Shown: positions 18,444 to 28,764 of the stretch, piece by piece
How the letters are laid out: the number at the start of each line of letters is the position of its first letter
How positions within the stretch are numbered: position 1 is the first letter of the stretch
Virus record (IMG/VR): IMGVR_UViG_3300014309_000036
Location: 1 to 42,161 of that record
Strand: one strand, 5' to 3'
Source: a virus
Taxonomy: Duplodnaviria; Caudoviricetes
DNA: 42,161 nucleotides
Made by a program: the position numbers and the translations under genes
Notes under the pieces: generated by a model
Databases searched by the model: none
Seen by the model: only the letters and a program-made list of their open reading frames with translations
Told to the model about the DNA's origin: nothing

Positions 18444-19750
18444 TCTGGGGTGTCCGCTGCAAAGAACTTGCCCGATATCGTGGCCTTAAGAACTGCCCCC
18501 GGTGGAACATTGTCTATATATATGTCGTTAACACCAGATGAGAATCTTATTTCCGTGGTCTCGAATTCCTCGCCAGCGCCGACTGCTCCCGTGCGCTCTT
18601 GCGTGAAGGTTCCTGTTATTCGCACCGCGCCGTCAGACGCGCTTATACCAAGGACGACGCTAAGAACGGTTTTGAAAGTGACAGGGTAAGCTGTGCCGTT
18701 ATATGGTACATAACCGAATACGGTTATGGTGGCATCAAACGCAGCATTGTGAGAGTTCGCCAGCGCCACTAGCCCGACCAGAACGCTGGCGTTCCATATA
18801 AGGAAGTCCTCGTTCCCTACATCAGATATCGACTTTTCGATGAACGCCGTTCTATGAACATGCCTTGTGGCAAGCGTGTTTTCTGAGGCATTCTCATGCG
18901 TGAGTTCCGTGACATTGCCGAGGGGATCGACGAACCGCAGGCCTTCGGATGAGCGGAACAACACGCCAATCCCAGCGCTGGCTGGCGCTGGCTCCGACAC
19001 GGCACCAAGGAAAAGGCCAGTCCAGCCCTTGCTTGCGCTTCCGCTCGAGACCGAGCCAGCTTGCGGATGATGCGCCGTTGCCGTCACCTGGACGTTGGTG
19101 GAGCCGACCTTGACCGACATTGACGTCCCGGCAAGGATCTCAGTCGGAAGGGCTGCCGCGCCGAAAGTCTGGATGCCGGTATCAGTGATACGAACCATAT
19201 TATGAGTCGTCGTCCCATATTGGGATGCCAAACTCATGCCGTTCATCATCTGATAACCCTGGTTATCGAGCACGCTATTACCAACACGAACGAACCCGTT
19301 TCCGTATTCTATCCTATGCTGGGTCCCACCGGAAGCCGGCGTATGATAATGCCTTGTTACCGACAGGTAATGAGCGCTTTGGAGCGTGGCCCCAACATGA
19401 AACGCGATGGGGCCGCCTCCGACCGGTGACCTTATGATCGTTCCGTTGCCGCCAGCTGCCGCGCTTCCCGGGCTCGCGGCAGGCCCGAACACGGTGTTTC
19501 CGTTTTCGTCGACAAGCTCAATCATTGGCGTGTCGCCAGTGGCGGTTGGCCTTGATATGTCCCCCGTCATGGTCCCGCCGGCAGTCGGAAGGAATGAGTC
19601 ATTATCAAAGTCATTGACGCTTAGCATGGTGTCAATGATATCGTATAATATATCAGACACCTCTGCAGTCGTTATGGATCTGTCCTGCGTTTCATTGCGA
19701 ATATGCAGGTCAATGAGCGCCTTAATTTCGGCTTTGCTTCTAATGGTCAT
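18440..19750 (-). CDS. Tail fibre / receptor-binding protein
   Basis: N-terminal anchor (ITTAEVSDILYDIIDT), the fibre motif FLPTAGGTMTGDI, and a beta-rich body. Confidence 0.65.
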   Translation of the reverse strand: MTIRSKAEIKALIDLHIRNETQDRSITTAEVSDILYDIIDTMLSVNDFDNDSFLPTAGGTMTGDISRPTATGDTPMIELVDENGNTVFGPAASPGSAAAGGNGTIIRSPVGGGPIAFHVGATLQSAHYLSVTRHYHTPASGGTQHRIEYGNGFVRVGNSVLDNQGYQMMNGMSLASQYGTTTHNMVRITDTGIQTFGAAALPTEILAGTSMSVKVGSTNVQVTATAHHPQAGSVSSGSASKGWTGLFLGAVSEPAPASAGIGVLFRSSEGLRFVDPLGNVTELTHENASENTLATRHVHRTAFIEKSISDVGNEDFLIWNASVLVGLVALANSHNAAFDATITVFGYVPYNGTAYPVTFKTVLSVVLGISASDGAVRITGTFTQERTGAVGAGEEFETTEIRFSSGVNDIYIDNVPPGAVLKATISGKFFAADTPE

Positions 19751-22700
19751 GGCCCAAACAGGTCCTCAAACGGGTAATCCCATGGCGTAAAGTCGAGGGA
19801 CCCGTCCGCCCCTGTTCGCCGTCTACCACCGCCAATTGCTTCAACGTCCAGCGCAACGGCGTGGAAGCGCCATTTCCCGCGGCCGTCCGCCGTCATGCGG
19901 AGCAAAAGGGACTCGCGCTTTTGCCGCGGGACTCCCCACTCCCACCGGGCCCACGCTTCCCCGTCGCCAGAGTCGAAACTTGACCCCACAACTCCGCCTA
20001 GAACCTGCTCGGTTGAGTCGTCCTGATCTAGGAGCGTGAGCCTTCCGCGGGTCGATGAAGAGAGCAGGGCGACGATCTTTCGAAGGCGCCCGAAACCGTC
20101 TTGCCCGAATGGGTACATTCGCCCCAGATCTAGCGTTATATCCAGCGGCGCAGCCCAAGCGGGCACGGAAGCCGGCTCAGCCTCGAGGCACAGATACCGA
20201 GCGCCGGAGTGCTCACCAATCCAGGCGAGTGAGTTGGAAACCACGGCAGACCTGCCGGGTGCCTCGATTGTTTCCCGGTGCCAGTTGCCACCGGCAACGT
20301 CATAGACAAGGCGAATGGTTCGCGTTGATATAACGATGCTAATAACGCCGCGCCTGTCGGCCTCTGATATACCGACGACATTGTCAGAGTTCACTAACGA
20401 GAACCATACGGGAGGCCCAAGTGGGCTAACCGTATTCGCCCCTGGTGCTATAACATATAGTTTCTTGTCCGAGCCCTGGAACACAACACCGATCGAAGTG
20501 CTGCCGATTGCCAGCGGCGAAACGGCGCCCGTCGGACCCTGAATATCGAGCGGCCCGAACCACTCGCCGTTCCCGTTGACGTCCGGGCCATTACCGGACA
20601 CTGCCCAAACCCGGGCACTTCCGAACACCAGCCACTGGCTACCGCCCCACGCAACGCCCACCACTTCGCCGGGGAAGCGCATGCGGAGCGCGTCCAAATC
20701 GCTCCAAACCGGTGGTTCGCCGGGAAAGAACTCATGGCTCCAATGAACTTCATTCGGATCTTCGAGGCCTCCGCAAAGCACTCGAGTGGAGCTTGCCGCG
20801 ATGCTTCGGCAGGCCGGGGGCGGGTCGTAGGGAAGCTGTCCGCCAAGGGCTCCGGAGGCGCCTTGCGTGTAGAGTATTGGGCGGCTAATTAACACGCTAT
20901 CTGGCGTCACGTCACGGAATGATACTATGCCGGCGGTACCTATGTCGCGATCGACAGAAGAGCCGCCGTAGTCCTCGCCATAGTCCGACTCTGTGGCGCC
21001 TTCGGTCTCGTATGAGCTTGGCTGTACCTCATAGAACGTGGATCCGCTCCCCTCTGTTCTGTATAGCACGGCCTGAACGCCGCGCATGCCGGTCGGCACT
21101 TGCCTGGCTCTTATATTGATTATAATGCCAACGGTTGATGATATGCCGGTTACAGAGTATGGTTTGCTCGGCGCCGATGAATGCTTAGTCCCAGTCGCGT
21201 CCGTCCACGTCCACACAACGACATATTGAAACTCTCCCTGTATTACGGGGTCTCCGCTTGGCGTTGTTGAGAGTGAATGGCTTATGATTGACGGGGCTCC
21301 GAATGAAAAGCCGAGGTCAAAAACCCGCTCCCCATCGAACGCCGCAAGGTAGCCACCGGCGAACAGCGTGAGCCCTCCCGCTCTTGCTGTCGCGAATGCT
21401 CCGTCGGAGTCGAGCAGCTGGTCCGCTCTGTTCCAGCGGAATAGGTCAACCTGCAACGGGGAGCGCTGGCCCGGGTAGTCTGGTCTGAATATCGGAACAA
21501 GCGCCAGGGCCCTGCCGTTATCGTCTATCGATAGGCTTTGGCCGAACCATGAGGCGCTTATATATTGCGGCTGGTTCGCATCGCCGTCGTTCGGTTGGAA
21601 TACCTCCCCGCTCGCAAATGACGACTCGGCCGACAGTATAAGACCGCCGGTCGGGCTAGTCCTGATTCTAAGGACGTGCCCGCGATCGTATAGCGGAGAG
21701 TTGTAGTTTGATATCACTACAAGCGACTCTGCTCCGGACTGTGATAGGCCAGTGACGGGAACATATTCCCTTAGATCAACGGGAGCCCACTCAACCTGAT
21801 CAGTTGCGGAATATCTGATATAAGACCACTCTATAGCATCAAAACGCACGGCTTGAATCGAGCGCTCCGTAACCAGGTATATTCCATCGTCCTGGTCTAG
21901 CCTTGGCCCTATTACCCCGGGATAAACACCGGCAACGTCGCTCGACTCGGCAACGGTGCTGGCTATAACCGACGGCTCATCAGGTGGCTCGATTGCTATC
22001 GCCACATATGAGTAACGCTTGTCTAGGTCGTCAAGGTACCTTATTACGAGGGCTTCGTTTCCGTCCCTTGTGTTGGCGATGCATGCGTCCCAGCGAGCCC
22101 TATACGAGCCGCCGTTTGCTATGTCAATCGGGTCCGTGTCCAAACCATTCACAACCAATATGCCAACGTTGGGATTAGTGGAACGGCATATCCTTAGGTT
22201 TCCCTGTGGGCGCTCATATACCGCAACCCATCCAAACGAAGTTGCCAGCATGCGCAGTGCGAATGCGTCTGCAAACGGAACTCCATACGCGCTTAGCGTA
22301 TTGGTGAGCATATCAATACGAGCTAGGTTGCTTCCCGCCGTCGCTGGTGTTCCAACGAATAGGTACTGGGTGCCGTCTAGCACGGAAACAGCTTCATATT
22401 CCGTGGTGTAGAAGGGATACACTTGTCTATCCGCAACGAAAACCAGGCCCTCGCCTTTCCGTTCAAACACGCTATATCTTATGGTGTTTCTTATCGCAAC
22501 CGTGTCGAATATAGCTTGGCGATACGCAACGAAAATATGGGTTGCCGTCGATGACACGCCAACCGGGCGCACATTGTTGAAAGCAACATGCGTGCGCCGT
22601 GGCGCCGCAAGCCTCGGGAGGTGACCCATGCGCCGCAACTGGGCTGAGCCCGCCACTTCCTGCCGGTAGAGCGCACCTGGCGCGGCAATTAGCGTGCGCC

Positions 22701-22890
22701 CGTTGTGCTCGGCAACGTTGACCGCGTCCACTTCAAGCGGCCCAAGCGCCTGCCATCCCGGGCACGACTCGACGCCTCCCCCACGCCGCACGTGGACGTT
22801 GACCATCTGGCGCAAGGCGCCGTGTGGCATCATGCGCTCGTCCGTGTCCTCGTGCTTCTTGCCGATGGTTACGGCAACCCTGCGTCTCAT
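19747..22890 (-). CDS. Tail nozzle / tail tubular protein B-like
   Basis: 1047 aa, beta-propeller-like (VHWSHEF, LVFGSARVWAVSG, GVVFQGSD); lies after the adaptor. Confidence 0.65.
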   Translation of the reverse strand: MRRRVAVTIGKKHEDTDERMMPHGALRQMVNVHVRRGGGVESCPGWQALGPLEVDAVNVAEHNGRTLIAAPGALYRQEVAGSAQLRRMGHLPRLAAPRRTHVAFNNVRPVGVSSTATHIFVAYRQAIFDTVAIRNTIRYSVFERKGEGLVFVADRQVYPFYTTEYEAVSVLDGTQYLFVGTPATAGSNLARIDMLTNTLSAYGVPFADAFALRMLATSFGWVAVYERPQGNLRICRSTNPNVGILVVNGLDTDPIDIANGGSYRARWDACIANTRDGNEALVIRYLDDLDKRYSYVAIAIEPPDEPSVIASTVAESSDVAGVYPGVIGPRLDQDDGIYLVTERSIQAVRFDAIEWSYIRYSATDQVEWAPVDLREYVPVTGLSQSGAESLVVISNYNSPLYDRGHVLRIRTSPTGGLILSAESSFASGEVFQPNDGDANQPQYISASWFGQSLSIDDNGRALALVPIFRPDYPGQRSPLQVDLFRWNRADQLLDSDGAFATARAGGLTLFAGGYLAAFDGERVFDLGFSFGAPSIISHSLSTTPSGDPVIQGEFQYVVVWTWTDATGTKHSSAPSKPYSVTGISSTVGIIINIRARQVPTGMRGVQAVLYRTEGSGSTFYEVQPSSYETEGATESDYGEDYGGSSVDRDIGTAGIVSFRDVTPDSVLISRPILYTQGASGALGGQLPYDPPPACRSIAASSTRVLCGGLEDPNEVHWSHEFFPGEPPVWSDLDALRMRFPGEVVGVAWGGSQWLVFGSARVWAVSGNGPDVNGNGEWFGPLDIQGPTGAVSPLAIGSTSIGVVFQGSDKKLYVIAPGANTVSPLGPPVWFSLVNSDNVVGISEADRRGVISIVISTRTIRLVYDVAGGNWHRETIEAPGRSAVVSNSLAWIGEHSGARYLCLEAEPASVPAWAAPLDITLDLGRMYPFGQDGFGRLRKIVALLSSSTRGRLTLLDQDDSTEQVLGGVVGSSFDSGDGEAWARWEWGVPRQKRESLLLRMTADGRGKWRFHAVALDVEAIGGGRRRTGADGSLDFTPWDYPFEDLFGP

Positions 22891-23288
22891 ATCTTATGCC
22901 AATACCATTCGGCTGAGCCGTCAACAGACGGGACAACCTGTATGAATATCATACATGCGTTGCTGGCTATTAGTGTACCGTTCGTCGCTCCGTTAAGGCG
23001 ACACCCGACGGCCTTTACTGTCAGATCAAAGTCATTGTCACGCTTGCGAATTATAACGTTGCGCCAAATGCTATTAGTGCCGGGCGCGACAAGCGTTATG
23101 GTGCGTTCTGATTGAAGATCGACATCGGCGTACTGGCCAGCGCGTAGCTCAACCGTTCCCCTACCCGCCCCAAGGATTGGAACAACCTTGAGCTCAAGGG
23201 TGGAAAGGCGCGCGTCAACGGTGCGCTCGTAGGTCTCAAGCTGGCGTTGTAGCTGCCGCTTGTCGCCAGTGTCCCATTTGCTGCTCAT
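22887..23288 (-). CDS. Hypothetical tail-associated protein
   Basis: ATGA overlaps at both ends; short coiled coil followed by a beta domain. Confidence 0.6.
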   Translation of the reverse strand: MSSKWDTGDKRQLQRQLETYERTVDARLSTLELKVVPILGAGRGTVELRAGQYADVDLQSERTITLVAPGTNSIWRNVIIRKRDNDFDLTVKAVGCRLNGATNGTLIASNACMIFIQVVPSVDGSAEWYWHKI

Positions 23289-24001
23289 CGCATCCGCCAT
23301 CGCATGATTGGGTCAGATGACAGGCGATTGCGCGCCCCCCGAGTGTCTTTTCGGTGCCCGCTCTTGGAGCGTCGGCTGATGGCACTATCACATGCCGAGC
23401 GGTACGCCTCGGCCATCCCCATGCGCGCGTCCCGTTTCAGCGACTCGAGATCATCGCGGATGGCTATCTTTTCAACCGCTCGCCAAACGATCCAATCGGT
23501 GAACCCCGGTAGCACGTCAAAAGTATCATCGTTTTCCAACATATCATTATACTGGCGATGGTACCATATGGTGTATTCATACGGAGCGTCAGGGACCGGT
23601 TGGATCGCTATGGTTTCAGCGTCTATGAGAGACCATGAAAGGGGTATGCCTTGCCTAGTTGCTGACGGGTCGAACGCTATGCGGTCGCGCAGCGACACGC
23701 TTTCAAGCGTCATAAGAATGTCATTATATATGAAGTCAATGCCGAGTACCCTGTCAGCGTCGCTCGGCACCGGCAACTCGGCATAGTTCGCCCCGTCCAC
23801 TGCCCGAACCGGATCCATTGTCCAGCTATTACGTCCGATATAAAGCTCCGAACCATCGCTGGCCAGCGCGTTGCGTAGCTCAACAATGGCAAGGTTTATC
23901 TCGGAATTAATAGAGGCATCCCTATGCCTAGCCGTGTCGTACTCTATATCCGCACGGCTACGCACAAGGTTCCGCAATTCGAGCAATGAGACGGAACGCA
24001 T
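23285..24001 (-). CDS. Head-tail adaptor (tail tubular protein A-like)
   Basis: LRNLVRSRAD...INSEINLA...LPVPSD...IQPVPD...WIVWRA pattern; position after the capsid genes. Confidence 0.7.
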   Translation of the reverse strand: MRSVSLLELRNLVRSRADIEYDTARHRDASINSEINLAIVELRNALASDGSELYIGRNSWTMDPVRAVDGANYAELPVPSDADRVLGIDFIYNDILMTLESVSLRDRIAFDPSATRQGIPLSWSLIDAETIAIQPVPDAPYEYTIWYHRQYNDMLENDDTFDVLPGFTDWIVWRAVEKIAIRDDLESLKRDARMGMAEAYRSACDSAISRRSKSGHRKDTRGARNRLSSDPIMRWRMR

Positions 24002-24005
24002 TGGT

Positions 24006-24170
24006 TCACTCCTCTAGCGCGAGCCTTATAAGCTCCCGGAGACTAACAGCGTCAACCTCCGGAAACATATCAGCCGCCAGCTCCTCGAACGTCAATTCGG
24101 GCTCGTCCACGGCCTCTGCCGTGGCTCCCGAGCCCTCACCAAACACGTCGGCAAGGCCGGGCTGGGCCAT
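24006..24170 (-). CDS. Small acidic hypothetical protein (54 aa)
   Basis: The ATG at 24170 overlaps the upstream TAA. Confidence 0.55.
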   Translation of the reverse strand: MAQPGLADVFGEGSGATAEAVDEPELTFEELAADMFPEVDAVSLRELIRLALEE

Positions 24171-24538
24171 TACTTGGCGACCTTGGCGCCAAGCCATTCG
24201 AACGATAGGACAGAGCCATCAGCAGGATCAGCCGCCGTCGCCCCGCCGTCTGAGTAGCACTGAATTGACATAGTTCCGTCGGACGCGCTGAACGCTCGGA
24301 TCGCAACGCAATCGATATTACTCGATACACATTGAATCTTGGGGGGCCTCATGACTCCGCCAAGCGGGAACGTAAGGTCATAGTCGCCGGCCCCGGCGCG
24401 CGTGATTGTCACGCCAGAATCGGAATCACCGTCCAGCGTAACGGCTCCGGTGCTGCCGATATCGGCGGCAGCCTGAACGATGACACCCTGCAACAGCGCC
24501 GCGCGAACATTGCCCTTGGCAATCTGAGAAACATACAT
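24170..24538 (-). CDS. Putative capsid decoration / minor virion protein
   Basis: Beta-rich 122 aa immediately after the major capsid gene; GAGG RBS. Confidence 0.5.
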   Translation of the reverse strand: MYVSQIAKGNVRAALLQGVIVQAAADIGSTGAVTLDGDSDSGVTITRAGAGDYDLTFPLGGVMRPPKIQCVSSNIDCVAIRAFSASDGTMSIQCYSDGGATAADPADGSVLSFEWLGAKVAK

Positions 24539-24544
24539 AGCTTG

Positions 24545-24588
24545 AACCTCATAAGGGGACGCATTGCGCGCCCCCTATCGCAAGGGGT
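24545..24588 (-). promoter_or_regulatory. Intergenic hairpin after the major capsid stop
   Basis: Minus strand AGGGGGCGC-GCAAT-GCGTCCCCT with outer AACC/GGTT pairing; no long U tract. Confidence 0.45.
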
Positions 24589-24590
24589 TA

Positions 24591-25826
24591 TTAGAGGCCA
24601 ACCCGTCCTTGTCGAACGGGGGCCCTGGTGTATTGCGCCGGGTAACCAATGAGCCTAAACTCATAATCATCGGTCGTCGACTTGCGAAGCAGCGTCAGGC
24701 CGTCGCCATTCAACGGATGAATCAGAGCGTCCATGCTCGTGAGCTTCCACATATCGAGCTCAAGCGCGAAGTAGTTGTCTCGAGGGCAAAACGGATCCGA
24801 GTAGATGCGCTGGCGCTTACCAGCCAATACCATCTCGAGATACTCATAGCCGAACTTCGTAGAAGTGTCGGTCAATGAGCGAGTGCCCTGGCTCTGCAAC
24901 GTGGATTGCAGGTCCTGCCAGTTCTCGGGATGCAAGAACCCCTTGCTAGGAACCTTGGTGCGGAAGCGCCCGCTCATCCACGTTCCAAGCATGGTGATGC
25001 GCTGCTCGATATCCTTCCCGGCAAGCTCCGCCGTAGGGACATAGCAGCCGGCGAGGCGAACCGGATCAGACGTGCGAGTCACGCCGTACAGAGCGCCAGG
25101 CGTTGCGGTGCCAGGGATCTGGTATTGCATGCCCTTGAGGATCGGCACCCCGGTATCACCCGAGAAGTCACCGACTCGGAAGATATAGTCTCCGGCGTCT
25201 TCGCCCGTCATGGCCGCGATTTCACCAGCAGCGCACGTGAACGTGCCAGCGGCAGCGTTCACGGCCGTAACGGTTGCGGTGCCAGCTTGCAGCGTATGAG
25301 CGGCAGCAGAGCCGTCGTTCTCGCTCGTCGCAATCTCCATGCCCACATGGAAGTTGATGATGTCGCTTGGCTCGGCAAGCGTGATTGTATCGGTGCTAAT
25401 GCTCCCAATCACACCAAGCGCACCGCCGCCATTGCCCCACGCATGCGTCGCAAGAGTGTCCAGCATCTGTTCCATGATGCCGTCCATCTCCGCGCCCTTG
25501 TTCTCAAGGTATGCGCCTGGGTTATTGCGAGAGGCCTTGATAACCTCATCGCCAATCTCAACGGTGCCGTGATAGCGCCCGTTCGTGACGAGAAACTTTA
25601 CGCCCTTGACGTTGGTGGCGTTCGCTTGGCTTTGCGCTCGTGTTGAAGCTGCCACGCCTTGCGGATTGCCAAGGATAACGGGAACGCCAAGCGCTTCGCC
25701 GCTATAGTCCGTGTCCCTGGGAATCATGCCCAATAGCGGGCGATCGTTCCCGATCATGTTTTCAACGCGGTCCGAGGAAGCACGCTCCTTAAGAGCGAAG
25801 TCCCACGTGTTAACTGTGCTTGCCAT
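24591..25826 (-). CDS. Major capsid protein
   Basis: 411 aa directly after the scaffold; AWGNGGGALG and IYSDPFCP motifs typical of HK97-fold capsids. Confidence 0.8.
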   Translation of the reverse strand: MASTVNTWDFALKERASSDRVENMIGNDRPLLGMIPRDTDYSGEALGVPVILGNPQGVAASTRAQSQANATNVKGVKFLVTNGRYHGTVEIGDEVIKASRNNPGAYLENKGAEMDGIMEQMLDTLATHAWGNGGGALGVIGSISTDTITLAEPSDIINFHVGMEIATSENDGSAAAHTLQAGTATVTAVNAAAGTFTCAAGEIAAMTGEDAGDYIFRVGDFSGDTGVPILKGMQYQIPGTATPGALYGVTRTSDPVRLAGCYVPTAELAGKDIEQRITMLGTWMSGRFRTKVPSKGFLHPENWQDLQSTLQSQGTRSLTDTSTKFGYEYLEMVLAGKRQRIYSDPFCPRDNYFALELDMWKLTSMDALIHPLNGDGLTLLRKSTTDDYEFRLIGYPAQYTRAPVRQGRVGL

Positions 25827-25846
25827 TACATCCTCATAATGCGCTA

Positions 25847-26800
25847 TCAGTCTCCAGCTTGCAGCATAGCGGCGAATTTATTACGCCACTCCTGGTCCGT
25901 TTTCGGCGAACCCTTTGCTGATGCCTCGACTGACGCTCCCGAAATCGTCCTTTTCTTCGCCGGCTTTCCCGGGGGATGTTTCTCGCCAGGTTTGACGGGC
26001 TGGGTCCCGTTGAATGCCCTATGTTGCAGCTCGTATCGCTGGCGCGCAACCTTTAAGACTTCCTCGGCTGCTTCTTTCGCCGAAACCGTTGAATCAGTGC
26101 TCTGGTCATACTCTCGCATTTGCACCGCGAACACAGCCCGCACGAATTCCGCATCTTCGGCGAGGATGGCTGAAGGCCCCTCGATTCCCTTGAGCTCCCC
26201 TTGTAAGCGCTTCTGATACTCGGTGCGCGCGGCAGCTTGTTGCTGCTTGGCGCTCTCTACCTCAGCACGCTGGGCCTGCTCGCGCTCCTTACGCTCTCTT
26301 TCGATCTTGTCGCGGCGTAGCTCTTGAACCTCCTGATATTCCGGAGAGGTATGCTGGCGAAGTATGTGCTTATTTAGGCCAGACCAGTCGGAAACGTCGA
26401 GCCCGAGCTGCTCGCCGACAAGCTTTGCAAAGCCGTCTAGGTCGCGAGCCTTGAGCGCGTCCGCTGCGCTTCTGATTGGCTTGAGCGCCTCCAGCTCTTT
26501 CGCGGCAAGCTCTGCCACTTCGCGTTTCGAGGCCTCGATTCGGGCCAGTTGCTTGCGCTTCCACGCCCTGAATTCGGCGCGTTCCTTGGGCGTTGGCGCG
26601 TTCTCACCCTTGTCTGCTGGCTCTGAATCGTCCGCATCGTCGCTTGGAACCTCCACACTGTCATCCTCGGCAGGAGCAACGACAACAGGCCTAGCAGCAA
26701 CCGGAGCAGCAGGAGTTTCAGCGCTCCCACCCTCGGCCGCGCTTGCAGCCGCTTCGGCCTTTTCCCATAACGCTCCATAGTCAATATCCTCGGCAGCCAT
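25847..26800 (-). CDS. Capsid scaffolding protein
   Basis: Acidic N-terminus and coiled coils, between portal and capsid; GAGGAG RBS. Confidence 0.7.
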   Translation of the reverse strand: MAAEDIDYGALWEKAEAAASAAEGGSAETPAAPVAARPVVVAPAEDDSVEVPSDDADDSEPADKGENAPTPKERAEFRAWKRKQLARIEASKREVAELAAKELEALKPIRSAADALKARDLDGFAKLVGEQLGLDVSDWSGLNKHILRQHTSPEYQEVQELRRDKIERERKEREQAQRAEVESAKQQQAAARTEYQKRLQGELKGIEGPSAILAEDAEFVRAVFAVQMREYDQSTDSTVSAKEAAEEVLKVARQRYELQHRAFNGTQPVKPGEKHPPGKPAKKRTISGASVEASAKGSPKTDQEWRNKFAAMLQAGD

Positions 26801-26830
26801 AATTATACTCTCCTCTTATTTGATGGTTAT

Positions 26831-28738
26831 TCACTGAATAGGCGCCCCCACAGCACCAGGGAAACCACTCCCGCCCAATGGGGGAGGAGACACGGGGCCG
26901 GACCCCATTGGGTCGGGCTGCGGGGGCATAGCTCTTTTAATAAGCTCCTCAAGGGATCGTATATATCCCCTCAAGAGCTCAAGGTTCTGGTCTGGCGCGC
27001 TGTCTCTCAACGCTCTGTTATACTCACGCACAACCACCTGCATTGCCGCAAGTGGATCCAGGATATATCCGTCTGGTGTGTGAAACTCAAAGCCCTTGGC
27101 TGAGTCAGCGTCGAGCATGCGGGCGACCTCCCATTCTATGCGCTCGCGCTCGGAGTTCTGCGCCTCATACTCCTCTTTTAGATCCGGCATATCAATCAAA
27201 CGCATGAACGTTTGGGGCGATATGGCTCCCTTGTCTAGCAGATCTTGCGAGACCTGGAGTCTCCCGGAGAATGAACTCGGAAGCGCGGAAGACGGCTGGA
27301 TTGATATGATATACATATCATCCGCAAGGTCCACGTCCTTCCACGTGATCTCGCCGTGGAATGAACTGCCTGGGAACGGTAGCTTAAAATCCGGCTGCTT
27401 ATTTGCTATAGCCCTAGCACAGTCCACTATTAGTCTTGCTAGCGTTACATATGAGTTTTCGTAATTGCGCGCTTTAATGGCGAACCGCTTACTCTGCAGA
27501 TCTTGGGCGGCGAGGATGGCGACAGCGGCAGTTATGCCGGGTTCCTTGCGTGCCGTGGCGTTCATCTGGGAGACGGCGGTAAGCTCATATGCTCGGCGGA
27601 AGTTGCTTTCCAGCCACTCTACCTCGCTAGCGCTCACCGGGTTCGGCGCTACCTCGATTGGGTGCGCTGAATTGGGAGCAAATGCTATGAATTGCTCGTG
27701 CTCGTTGGACTCGAGAAGCGTTTCGTCGATGCTGCCGCGCTGGTAGTATGTGCGCTTTGAGCCACATAGCTTGTGCCGCGCTTGGATCTTCTCGGCCTGG
27801 TCGTTGACCTCAGTAACGATTCCGCGCGCCTCGTGGACGAGCCCCACGCCCCAGAAACCAAGCCGCTCTTTCGCCCACCGTAGCACTAGGAATGGTGCGG
27901 CTCGGTCCCATTCTTCATCGAGCATGATTGCGCCATTGATGGTTATTACGTGCCTTCCCTTGTCATCATCATCATAAGGAACGTGCCAAGCCTCAACATA
28001 CCTTATTGGCGGCGCGACCCTACCATCGAACGAGCCGTGTCTCTCCTTATAGCTCTTAGCCGTGTTTATGGCGTTGCGCCTCTTGGCTCGCTCATATATT
28101 GCGTCCGTGTCGTCGCTGGACTCGTCTTCCGGCTCATCATCAGAGCCGCAAAACATACGCAATGCAAGGTCGCGATCGATTGGGCCACTCTGGAACCAAT
28201 TCCTCGGCATACCGTGAGCGGCCTCTTCCAAGTCGACTCGCACCTGCCCCCACGGGACTAGCTCCATGCGTATTGAGTCGGAATCATCAAACACTTTCAC
28301 GACAGAAGCGCCGGAAATGGTCGCGTCAAGCTCCGCTTCTTCAAGAAGCTCCCAACCGTTGGCGTGCAGCCCTTGTGGCTGTTCGAGTTGGGACTCGACG
28401 AACTTCTCCAGCATGCGTGCCCGGCGCTTAGTCTTATAGTCACCTCCGGACGTCATAAACGACGGCTTCGGTTTCTGGCGACCAGCTATCTCCGCTTGCG
28501 CGGTGTCACATAGCGAGCGATATAGGTTATAGCTGAGAGGCGCCGCCATGCCGCTGCCTGTAGAGGCGTAGGCAGTTGGCGACAGATCGTCTAGTCTCTC
28601 GCCTTCATACAAGGACACGAACTGCCGGACTTTCTCGTCCCTCCCGCTGTAGTCCTTGTCCAGCGACTCGGAAATCGCCTGAACCTCCCGCGCTAGGTCG
28701 CTATCGTCTAGCTTGTGCCAGCGTTTCCCGAGTTGCAT
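26831..28738 (-). CDS. Portal protein
   Basis: 635 aa directly after TerL, helical, with a Pro-rich C-terminal tail as in podoviral portals. Confidence 0.8.
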   Translation of the reverse strand: MQLGKRWHKLDDSDLAREVQAISESLDKDYSGRDEKVRQFVSLYEGERLDDLSPTAYASTGSGMAAPLSYNLYRSLCDTAQAEIAGRQKPKPSFMTSGGDYKTKRRARMLEKFVESQLEQPQGLHANGWELLEEAELDATISGASVVKVFDDSDSIRMELVPWGQVRVDLEEAAHGMPRNWFQSGPIDRDLALRMFCGSDDEPEDESSDDTDAIYERAKRRNAINTAKSYKERHGSFDGRVAPPIRYVEAWHVPYDDDDKGRHVITINGAIMLDEEWDRAAPFLVLRWAKERLGFWGVGLVHEARGIVTEVNDQAEKIQARHKLCGSKRTYYQRGSIDETLLESNEHEQFIAFAPNSAHPIEVAPNPVSASEVEWLESNFRRAYELTAVSQMNATARKEPGITAAVAILAAQDLQSKRFAIKARNYENSYVTLARLIVDCARAIANKQPDFKLPFPGSSFHGEITWKDVDLADDMYIISIQPSSALPSSFSGRLQVSQDLLDKGAISPQTFMRLIDMPDLKEEYEAQNSERERIEWEVARMLDADSAKGFEFHTPDGYILDPLAAMQVVVREYNRALRDSAPDQNLELLRGYIRSLEELIKRAMPPQPDPMGSGPVSPPPLGGSGFPGAVGAPIQ

Positions 28739-28764
28739 GGACTAGTGATACCCTAACAGGTGGC

